A stretch of 58,804 nt of DNA, filler included, from Sphacelaria rigidula (taxonomy: Eukaryota): NCBI GenBank assembly GCA_964200075.2. It is 4 parts of 4 records of this genome, joined end to end, with 100 filler letters (N's around TTAATTAATTAA, not from the genome) between each part and the next. Parts side by side here need not be neighbours in the genome. Positions count along the whole stretch, not along the records: positions 1 to 14,627 come from CAXNAA020002136.1; positions 14,728 to 29,354 come from CAXNAA020002137.1; 2 more parts are not named here. One strand, written 5' to 3'. Shown piece after piece: positions 12,455-23,900 of the stretch; the first letter of the stretch is position 1, and each line of letters begins with the position of its first letter. The notes below the pieces were generated by a model, which worked only from the letters and a program-made list of their open reading frames with translations, did no database searches and had not been told where the DNA came from. The translations under genes and the position numbers were made by a program.

Positions 12455-14627
12455 TATCCACAGGGCTCCCCGCCGGCGTGACAGTGACTGCATCCCCCAC
12501 CCAAGAGAACCTCGACTGCACACTACAGTATGACAACCACAGCAGCGCCCAAGACCAACTACCAAAACATTGGGAAAAACTGGAAGACGGCGTACGCAGG
12601 GACATATGTCCGATAGTCGAAACGTTGACCGCCCGAAAAATCCCGAACCTACGGTTGTCCCCCCTGGGAGCAGTAACCACACACAAAGTCCGCACAATCA
12701 ACGACTTGTCTTTCGACGCGCAACGCGCCCGGATAAGAAAAGGAGGGTTGAACGGTGACACAACTCCGAAGATGTGCCGGCCTGTTTATGCGGAGAAGCG
12801 CTACAGAAGTTCCTAAAAGAGCTTATTTCGTTACGAAACAAATACCCCCCAAAACGCATACTAATGGCGAAGGCAGACGTATCGGATGCGTTCCATAATG
12901 TGAGGATAGATTCAGACCACGCCCATCAATTCGGCTACGTTGTGGATAACCTGGTCGTGTGTGACTTCCGGCTCACGTTCGGCTGCTCGGGCTCGCCTGG
13001 TTTCTGGCGAGAATTGGCAACGGCAGCAGAACACACCCACTGCAACACAAACATTGACAACGCCGTGTTACTGCCAAAAAACAAGGAGATGACAGCTCAC
13101 GTGAAGACAGTCGATAGGTGGGAAACGGGGGACCCCACACCAATTCCAAAAGACTACGACCATCCCGAACCCAGCAGGAGGCTTACATGATAACGTTTTT
13201 ACGTCAGTGTACGTAGACGACTATCTGCAAATTCGCGTAGAGCACTCCGATGACGACACGAGTGCTTTGATTGCGTTCACGTCCCTCGCATCCGACCACG
13301 TCAGACTCTTCGGCCACGGAGAAGAAGGCGAGACACCTATCCTGGCCCCCAAAAATAATACAGATTGGGATACAGAAATAGAGGCGTCGGGCCTGACCGT
13401 TAACTCCCACACTATGCAGGTTTCCGTATCCCGCGAGGAGGTTAAGGCGCTCCGACAAACCTTGCTAACCCAGTGCTCCCCCCACTCGACGTTCAGCGAC
13501 AGCTAAAGAAATATTGAGCTTGGCAGGAAAGCTGTGGAACCTCACATACGCGATGCTACCAAGAAATTATTTCGTCTGGAGGACTCTGCGACGTGTAGGA
13601 CTCCACGATTCTAGAGCGAGAGACAACCAGAGCCGTACAGTAGAGATAAGCCAAGAATTTCACGCCGATCTGAATGTTTTGGAAGTGGGCGATTGAGGCT
13701 AAACTCCTGCAGCATGGTGAATCTCTGAGCGCACCCTGCTACTCCATAGTAAAGCAACCCGCCCACCGACACTACCTCTCGGACGCAAGCTTCGAAGCAG
13801 TAGGCGGCTACTGCCCAGAGAAAGAACTTACTGGAGATACGACCTACCTCCGGAACTTACCGCATAACTCAAAAGAAAAGCTCAACTCCGCGAAGCATGC
13901 ACGATCACCATTTACCTTCTGGAACTCCTGGGGATGGTAGTCACCGCCTGGGTCATGCTCGAACTGGTAAACGACAGACCCCAAAAGTAGGGCGACCCAA
14001 TATTAATGCGCGGGGACAACGTAGCGGCAGTGACGTGGGTCAACCCGTGCGGGGGCCCAAAAGATCAACGGGCAGGGTTACTCATGAGGACCCTCGGGAG
14101 GCTGGATATTACGAGGGGGTGGAGTCACGAGGCAAAGCACATTCAAGGGAACCAAAACGTAGTAGATGATGAAAATTCACGCTGGCCACGGGCGTAGCTA
14201 GACAGACAAGTAAGGAAGCACACTAACGACAGTAACTGATCAGAACAAGCCATCGGAACACGAGGAGAGAGCATCTTCCACACCATCCTAAAAATCAAGA
14301 ATATCACAATCCGACACGACAGAACGCTGTGGTCGCGCATGATGGAATCAAGTTGACGATGTAATAGTCAAACATACGAAAAACAAAAAGTATTAACATC
14401 GAAAAACAACCACAACGCACGTATTGACATATATCATATATAGGTGTATTCAGCTACCTAAAGTGCTTGTATAATGAGTGTTACCCCGCATGCGACAGAG
14501 GCGGTCATGGAGTCACTAAATGAGGCAGCATGCCCCCCCCCCCCCCCCCCCCCCCGGGAAAGGGAAAAAAAGGAGGGCACAACAGGGGAAAAAGAAAGCG
14601 GTTTAATTTAAAGCTGGTGTTTGGGGG

Positions 14628-14727
14628 NNNNNNNNNNNNNNNNNNNNNNNNNNNNNNNNNNNNNNNNNNNNTTAATTAATTAANNNNNNNNNNNNNNNNN
14701 NNNNNNNNNNNNNNNNNNNNNNNNNNN
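14628..14727. other. Artificial contig-join spacer
   Basis: 100 nt of N with a central TTAATTAATTAA (stop codons in all six frames). Confidence 0.97.
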
Positions 14728-14905
14728 TAAAGCGAATGATCAAAGCCACTATCAATCGTATCATCTACCTCAATCTCACGAAAACACTGTTCATTGTATA
14801 TTCCCAGCAGTTTGTGTGAACACGACGATTTTAATATCCCGGGTTATCATCTTTTAAAGAGCTTCATCCTCGAATGTTGATGATCGGCATTTATCTGTGG
14901 CTCAC

Positions 14906-17900
14906 CTTTTTGAAGTTGTTGAGATGCCTCCTCCGCTTCTTGCTTGAGACGCATGTCATTTAGATGCCACGCGCGAGCGGCGCGTATGTCTGCGCCCACC
15001 ACCGCCAATTCTCGCCTTACCTGAGGGCGAAGCAAGAAAAGCGGGGTTGTGCTTTCCCAGTTGCATGCCAAAGGGGGGCTAAACTTACTGTTGCTTATTG
15101 AAGTGATAATTTTTTTGGACGACGTAACGGCTGCCTCACTCGCCACCAACGCCCTACAACACGAGTTCCGTCAACGACCACGCAGACGCCGTGTCCAACA
15201 ACACGTTTCGTGTGCGTACGTTAGTTGTTCGTGCTTATCGCCCATCTTGGCAGATTGACCCCTGTAGCGATTAACGGCACAGCACGACATGGGACATGCA
15301 ATATTGACTTCAGAGAGTACCACGTGATCTATACAGTACTTCTCATCTGAAATAGGATATTTTGTAGTTTTGAGTAGTCGGGAATGCTTGAAAGTGTTTT
15401 CGCGTGCCACCGCTTATCTCAGGGAACGTTTAATCCCAGAGTTGGGGGATCAGGAGAAAATAAGCATTTCGGGAGATACTAGGCATTCCCTCCACATTCC
15501 GAAATAATATCACACTTGCACTCATTATTGAACGATTTACGGGCTGACCGATTTTCGTGGGTCCTGAGACTACCTAGCTCCACTTTCTGACCCTTGAGTA
15601 TTTCTGCTCGATTGAACCAATCCCATCGTTTTCATGAACAAATTAAAATGATTCTCTTTGGTATTTCCACGTATTTATTGCACTAAAGCCGAGGAACTAT
15701 GTGTTTTGGACAAATGCGATCGATAACGACCCCTGATGAACAAGGTACTTACTCTCTATCACCTCGACAACACCAATTGAGGACTGTGTTCTGAGCACGA
15801 TCTGCTTTTCTTCCCAATTTCTATCGACGCTGGGATTTTTAAGCGCCAAGGACGGACACTACGAGAAAAATCAGACAAGTACCCAAAAACGAAAATTGCC
15901 GCACCCGAGCTCTGCATAGCGCACAGGTGAGGGTGAACTAATTCCGAGTACTCTCATGAATGATCTTAACGGACCCTTGTTTTCATATTAAATTCGTTCA
16001 TTGCGCTAAAGCCGAGAAAAATGTGTGCTGGACCAATAACGACCAATAAAAACACGCTGTCGGTTCAGCTCGGAAGTCGTTCAATAGAGTGCAGACACGA
16101 TTTTGTTTCGGAATGTGGAGCGGATGCCTAGTATCTCCCCACGCCCAAATGTTGGGATCAACCGCTCGGTGGGATAAGCGGTAGCACGCGAAAAAACCAT
16201 TGAAAATCGCCGACTAAGAAAAATTACAAAAATCTCCTATTTCAGACGAAAATTTCATCATGTATCTGAATATGGAGGACATTTCCTCGAAGCGATGAAG
16301 AAAATCCTTTACATCATTCGCACCTGTGCCAACAGAATGTCGATCTCGTACATTCCAGACTGCGCGCGGTCAAGTGTACACACCTGCAAATTGGTGAAGA
16401 GTAGCATGTTTTCTGACTGATCAATAAAAATAGTAATGAAATGATATCTTATCTTGCCAAACAGGCATGGCCATGGGGTTCTACGCCAAAATAACTGGGA
16501 AGGTGCAAGGCAGCGTGATTCATGGATGACCACTTGCATCGCGAAAAGTATTTGTTCGTTCTACGGCGCTCACCACTTCCGCGATGTCTTCGCCCTCGAG
16601 AATCTCTGCTTCATGTAGTCTGAGAAACGCCACAGCTGTAGCCAACGAGACATCCGAACCCTCAATGAAAGAAATCTGCGGGATTGGACACGACAAACCT
16701 CAAGTTACGTTGGTCAACTACTCGGTGTTTTTCAAGTCCTTCAAGGAAACCGCTGCTAGCTAAGGCTCTCTGGTCTCAGTGCGCGTCCGGTTTTTTGTCA
16801 TCAGTAGCATGTTTTGCCAAGTTTTGTGCACGCGTACGCAGTGGGATACGACAATGTACATTGCCGTTTGCTGTCCACGTTCCCACGTTGCTAAAGTATA
16901 TAGTGATACATGCCAGGTGCAAAAGCATTCGTAACTCCAAGACACGGATACTACATACAGTATTGGTCTTTAATTTCCGATGTGATGAACGGAGTACAGA
17001 CGGGTATGTTCGGTGTCACAGGTGCGAGGAGGAACGCTTGGGGCACGTTCGGGTGAATCTATACGTCGTTGTCATCCTACCCATTCTTGAACAACACTCG
17101 CCTCCAGCACTCTAAGGGCTGAATGAGCCGGGAAACAGTTGATGAACCCGACCACCAGCCACTGCGTGAGTTTCAACTCCAGCGGCATCCCCACTTCTCT
17201 AGCCCGGGCGTGTATCTTCGGGAGTTCACGACGCACAATATCCTTAAGCGCAGCGATATCGGACCTGTTGGATACCCACACAAACCGAGGGGTGGAATAT
17301 ATATATACATATATTTTGCGAAGAAAAAGAAGGGGAACCGCAACAGCGCGTGCCGCTAAGCTTGATAGTGACCGAAACATTTTCGTGCACTCTACCGGTA
17401 TGGATGGCCCGATCACCTCGCCCTCAGCATGGATTTGGTGTGGTACTCCGGGTGTAGATCCTCACAATACACAGCAACCAGCCAGAAAGCGGATTCCTCC
17501 GGTAACACCTGTTGTCCAACGAAACAACACGGTTGGCCGATACCAAACGCCTCTGACTGACAGCCGAGTGTTCACCAGTCCCGATTGACTGGGGCATTGC
17601 GTAATCGCGACTCCAGCTCCCACGGAAGGGTTCCTAGCAAATTAACACGTTCAACTTGACAAGTGCACGCGACTGACACGCTTGATTTGCTTTTCCAAGT
17701 AGGAACATCGAACTCGACGGGTGTATCAAGAGACACTCAAGGAGAGCGGCACTGAAAACGGCAGAACTCGACACCGACAACAATTTTGTCAGAACAACAT
17801 TTGCGCTCTTCCTTGTGATACTAGAATGCCATAACATTCCTTACGGCTGCGTTCTTAGCTTCGTCATGTTTCTCACTTCTGGGACATTTCATGCAGTGTT

Positions 17901-20900
17901 TTGCCCCCGAAGAGGGAATATCGCAATCACATGTCTTGGAAACTTCGCACTACCCAACCGATAGAAATCTAGCACACTTGTCCGATTCGCTTGATATTGG
18001 TTTAGAGGCCATTCTTAAAATCTCGAAGCCGAGCATACCGGAAAAGTGGGATAGATTTCTATGGGGGGGTAATGCGAAGTGTCCAACATATGTCATGGCG
18101 ACATTGCCTGTTTGGGGGATAGGAGCTGGATCAAATGTCCCGAAACTGAAAAATCTGATGAAGCAACAATATCAACCCTAAGAGGCGATCTTTCTTACGT
18201 TTTGTATTTATTAGGAGCGTTTTCCACTTTAGGGACATTTGACAAGGTTTTTGACCCCCCAGACAGGGAATATCGCAATCACACGTCTTGGACACCTTGC
18301 ATCACCTCAAAGAGAGGAGTCTAGCCCATTTTTCCGATTCGCTTGGCTCCGAGGTTTTGAGAATGGCCTCTGAACAAAATGTCAACGGGGAAAAAAAAAA
18401 CGATGTCTGCAGGTATCTTTACAATAATATAATAATAGCCCACTTTTCCGTTTCACATGACTCCAAGGTTTTGAGAATGGCCTCTTAACAAAAGATTCCT
18501 CTCTTTGGGGTGATGCCAAGTGTCCAAGATGTGTGATGGCGATTCCATGTTTGGGGTCAAAAACCGCGTGAAATGTTCCACAAATGGAAAAGCTCCCAAC
18601 ATATTTCGAATCGTAAGACACGATCCAATGGGTGGAAAAAAACAGAAAGATGATTTTCGGCGGCATGATACCACTTCGAGTATGGCGTGTTTGACGACCT
18701 GATCAAGATTTTGAAATGCTCGACGGTGTTGAGTTATGATGAACGTTTTTGAAAGCCGATTTTATGCGTTATGAGACTTGCAATACCTGAACTTCCATAT
18801 GTATGGTCAGTCGTGATTTATGTGTAGCGCCTCAAATTTTCACGCCAAAATGTACAAACCCGGGGACATATCGGCTGCATACCCGGGTTTGGGAAGGCTC
18901 TGGGGGGTGAGGAACATTTTTGAGCGAGCAAGAACTTGGACCTTTTCCTTCATTGATTTTTTCTCCGATTGATCCCCTGTTCGAACCCCCCTTCCTCTCC
19001 AAAAAACGCGGAAAAAAGCTAATATAATTGCAATAATTTCAAGCGCAATGAACAAAACACGCGTTACAGTGCCCGAGCCACGAATCCACTCTCTCTCAAA
19101 GACGCAAGTTCACGAGGATACCGAGTGACACGAACAGCTGCTCCGGTTCAGCCATGAGCCAGCTCCACGACAGATTCAACTGCGATACCAAGACCCAGAC
19201 TTCCAGCGTACACTCCAACATGTTACGGCCCTACCCGTAGCTGAGTAAGACTGGCAGCGACCACGGCAGGAGGCCCCACGAGTTGAAGCACGTGCACCGG
19301 ACCGACTGGGTCTAGAAGGGATCTGAAGCGTTGTAGGGCGGGCAACCGGCCAGTTGGGCTCAATAGAGGAGACCGTGGGCGACTACCTACGTACAACCCC
19401 AGCGCAACCACCTTGCGCCTCCATCATATTGCCACCACACCCTCGGTCCCGCGCCCCCCCCCTGCCCCCCCATCCGCTTCTGCTGGCGAGTATTCACTAG
19501 TGCTTGACGAAGCAGTTACCCCCTTTTTACGCCGTGCCGCCACTCAGTGACACGGGTTCTTTTGCTCTAGCGGCAGCGATCGATTCCTTCCCAACGCGTG
19601 CCACCCCGTATGCCATGGCATTTGTCACTTTCTCGATCTCGAATTCCTTATTTCCAGTGATGCGTACTCCGATAACCTCCGATGTTGAAAAAGGAGACCT
19701 CTATTCGTTATACCCCAAGCATTCCGTACGATCACCGGACTTTGTCATTTTCCTTGACGGACTCTATGTGAAGGACGGTGTTGATCCTCAGGCCGGTGAC
19801 GATATAGCCAGCGGTCAGAAGTTGTCGGTCCCCACTGTTACCCAGGGTATGACCAATTTGTTCATCGTTCGCGGGCAACAGAAGATCCGCAAAAGACATT
19901 TGATCGATTCATCGCGACTCGCGTCTGTCCCCTCTCCCGCTCGACATTTTGACACCCCTCACCTCCGCCCATATCCGCCGATAAAATGCCAGATACGTTC
20001 GTCCTAGTCGCGGGCATTTCTGTCAGATCAGTTACTTCTGGGGAAGCATCATTTCGGAACATTTATGATTGTCTACCTATTATGCCATGCACCCATATCG
20101 ACGCTGAAGCACCGAAGGTAGTCGTTGAAGCATCAGGGGAATGATAAGTCTGCCAGAAATGCAATTGCAAAGGTAAGGTCAATCCGAGCTTCCTGTCAGG
20201 TCGTGAGATTAGGAAGACGTCGGTGGATTCTTGAAACAGGACGAGAAACTACACACCTTTTCACTCACACGAGCCGGCGAAGAGCTCTGATTATTGACCC
20301 CAATTGGTGCAGCTACATTCCTGACGTCCCGATAGATTCATCATCCTTTCATGCTTTTTCAACGACCAGCTTCGGTGCTTCAGCGTCGATACGGGTGCGC
20401 GGCATAACAAGCATGACGGGAAGCCGGGCGAACATGCTCCGAATGATACCTGAATTCGCCTAATCTGACAAAAACGCCTCCGTTTAGAACAAAATATGGG
20501 TCAAAAGATGCGCACATCCCGCATTTGCATGTCCAACCATAACTCGTCAAGTTCAACAAATCAGCTCGACTTGAACATATCGCTGTGAACTGCAGAGCAA
20601 CCTGGTAATGCGAGTCTGACGACGTTTTGTTTCACGAAATGCGGTGGGATTACGGTAGGGAATTGCGCCGCACAGGCACGCGAAGACTCGACATGCGCAG
20701 GCGAGAGCACAAAGGTACGAGTAGTGCTGCAAGATGGGATCAAGGTCGTCAACACCTTCATCATGGGAGAGAATCTCCCAGCCGACGATCATTCACCACC
20801 GTAAGATGGTAAAGCTGCGCTACGAGCTGGGCCAGCTTAAAAGCGGCTAAAAGTTGCTCACACCACAGCTTTCCCGGTTTCCCGAATGGACCTGATGTAT

Positions 20901-23900
20901 GCATTATCACTGTGAAGTGTAGACCAACCAGGAAAAACACGGCATCGCCGCTGAATTTTGAAAAAAAAAAAATACATATATATATATATACCGCATAATG
21001 TATGACGTTAACGACGGACGAAAAGAGAAAGAGAATATGTCGGGATTTGAACTTATGACCTCCATACTTGGAGTCTTCCATCACTTGATTTATAGGGGTG
21101 CAGCAGCGTCACGGAAAATGTTGAACGCACGGCCCAATTCGACGACTCTTGAGCTGAAATTCCAGGTGGATCTTCTGCACCCAAGGAACTCATTCTTCAC
21201 GTGAGCAGCTGTAGATTCTCCTTTTTTTCCTGGACTTATCGCATAACCTTGTTTTTGCTGAAATTTCAAATGCCCATAACTTTTCTTTTTCTTCTATGCT
21301 GGTCACGTGATCTTCTGCATTTCGATCATAAAAAGCTGTCAAAATGTCAGCGCCCAACTCCTAATATCGCGCCGTGCGTCGTCTGAGCGAAATTCACACC
21401 TACTCTTGGCTGGCCCAGCTCGTATACACTCCCCAGATGCAAGGCGCTATGCCAGATCATGCGCAAAAAAAGCTGATCGCGTCGGGATTCGAACTCGTGA
21501 CCTCTGTAATAAGAGGCGGTTGTACCAGTCTGACCACCGGGGGGCAGTCGTGCCACACGAAAAATTGAATGCTGTGCCAAATTCCTTGAAAACAAAATTG
21601 CCGAAATTGCACCAGGACCTCCTCTACACCAGGACGCACAACATTTCTGGGGATGCCTCCGCATTTTTTTTTCTTCACGGAGTTATAGCATTTGTCTAGT
21701 TTTTGCAGAAACTTCAAATCGCTGCAACTTCCTGCTTTTCTTTCTTCCTTGGCATCCCCTGAAATATTGTGCGTAGTGAAGTTAAAAATGTTGTGTCAAA
21801 ATTTCAGCGCCTGACTCTTTAAATTACTGACAGCATCGCCAGGATACATTAAAAAATCACTGTCAGCTGGTCCAGCCTGTACAAACCAGAAATATAGGTA
21901 TATCGGTTTTGGATGTTTTCGGGGTAAAATTGAAGGGGATACAAAATGGCGTCCCTTCATACTCCTTATCTCGTAAGCTGATGTAGGGCGAGGATTCACC
22001 GACCCTCTTTCCCTACTCGACACGAGTAGATGGAGAGCTTCGATTGACCCTGAATTCTGCAGCTGCATTCCTAGTAAACTGATAAACTCATCGTTTCGCT
22101 ACACCTCGTGTGCGCAGCATCATTGGAAGGTACTAAAAAAGTGCTTCTAACAGACACCCGAACCCACCTAACTCGACAGAAAGTCCCTTGTTCAACCGAA
22201 ACATGACTCGAACGATTCGCACATGGAATCCGGCTCCAGATATAACGGTTATATTCTTGTTCGGATACTTTGGCGTGAGGTAGAGGGGATACAAAAATCG
22301 CGCCTTTCGATACTCATTGTCTCTTAGTATCAGTAGAAACGTGCTCACACTCGGCGCCTTGGCGACTGAGAGTAGAAGCCTCAGAGTCAAACTTCCGCCG
22401 CTAGAATTTCGGCAGTGCGCCTCATGCATCCCTTCTTGACCTTGAACTTTTTAGCAGGCATCCTAGCTATTAGTTGACGCCCCGGCAGCTAAAGCAGACA
22501 AATTACGTGATATTTTGCTACATGACCAGCAAGCACTCAACTCGATCGCACCTGCAGCAATAAACCGACGATAAAGTTCATGCCCTGACAGTAGCCCACT
22601 GCCGGATTTCGAAGCGAGTACGCCCGCAGAACCCGTCGCAGGCTTGCCATCCCTCCAGGGGTATTTACTCGTGTTCTTCCGTTTATGAACACACGATCAA
22701 GATCAGCCTCAATCTCCTGCCAGGCGCGCAATCTAGCCTGCGACCCGTGATCCCTCACATTGGATTCGTTAAACGCCGCGCTTTTTCGATCATCGCCCTC
22801 ATCAATTGGGATTGATCTCGATAATGAGGCGGGGGCAGTGACGTGCGCCTGAGGGAACTTGTCCATGGGCGACCGGGATCTTCTCGCCTGTCCCGAGTTC
22901 ACAGTACAGCTTGTGCCGTTGTGCCCGCTGTTTGGCTGTGGATGTGATGAACTTGCACGCTCGTCCGATGTATCATCTTCACCACACTTGGCATCAGCAA
23001 AATCTTGTTGGGACCTGGGCTGTGCTTTCTTCCCCGCAGAAACAACCCCAGACAGCTCTTGCCCACGACTTCGGGGTGCGGCACGCATACTTTGATCAGC
23101 CTCAAGCTGGCGGCAGTCGTTCAAGAGCTCCTCGTAATATCCTTCTCCACACAGTTTGCGTTTCGAGGCCGCGCCTGCGATAGACTCATCCAACGGATGG
23201 AAAAACAAGAGAGAAGTAGACAATGTTACAGAAGTCAAGGAGGCGAACGACGCCGTCGATGAGCCAGCGTGAACGGCAAATGAAGGTTCGAAAAGTGGTC
23301 TGACGAGAGCTTGGGTTCACTCACCTCCGGAGAAAGTCGCCCCCGTCCAAGAGGACACTGTGCCTGTGCGATCAAGACCGTCGGAAACAAAAATAGTGCA
23401 CGATCCCAAAAATCTTACCTGACAAGAACATGTACACCTCTTCCCTCATGTCTGCCGGAACACCGGCCCACACTAGCTCTCGAAGAACGTCTTTTTGATG
23501 CTGCACACAGCTCCCGATTGCCTCGCTCTCCCGATGACGTGGCGTACTCGTGAATCTATCATATCGTGATAAAGACGACCAGGCTGCCTTGCCTTCCCCT
23601 GAGCTCCATCGTTTTCGCCTTAGCGGCTCCTGAAGCACCCATAAAGAATGAGCTGAACTGCACTTGCGAGCATTCCTGTTGAAATGGCGATCAACGCCCA
23701 GTTGATACTTCAATGATGTGCAGTATTCACACTATTCACACGTCATCGAGACCCGTGCTTGTGACAAATGATGCCACGGGAAATCAACATTTGCTTCCGC
23801 CGGCAGAGTGATTTCATTCGTGGAGGTAACATACAGTAGGATCCGGTGCTGAAATACAGAGCCGCGTTCAATTTTACGTTTCATCATACACGGATTGTCG

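Larger units (their letters stand above)
8504..14356 (+). mobile_element. Degenerate DIRS/Ngaro-type retroelement, copy 2 (gag, repeat array, RT, RNase H), interrupted by 11009-12454
   Basis: Gag-like fragments 8504-9720 ending in CVYHWQKQPYTQNKCRFSH (CCCH-like). Pol motifs: LRLSPLGAVTTHKVRTINDLSFD, KADVSDAFHNVRI, FRLTFGCSGSPGFW, VYVDDYL, YLSDASFEAVGGYCP, MRGDNVAAVTWVN, HIQGNQNVVDDENSR. Collinear with copy 1 at the protein level. Confidence 0.9.

Noticed and set aside
11006-12457. Reading this insert as a GAG...CTC element with a 4-bp TSD (GTAC/GTAT)
   Set aside because: The second family member (20823-21422) has CTAC/GTAT flanks, so only TA|CGAG...CTCG|TA fits both copies.
21472-21545. Functional tRNA gene
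   Set aside because: A and B boxes are present, but the acceptor and anticodon arms do not form a canonical cloverleaf and it sits in a transposon remnant.
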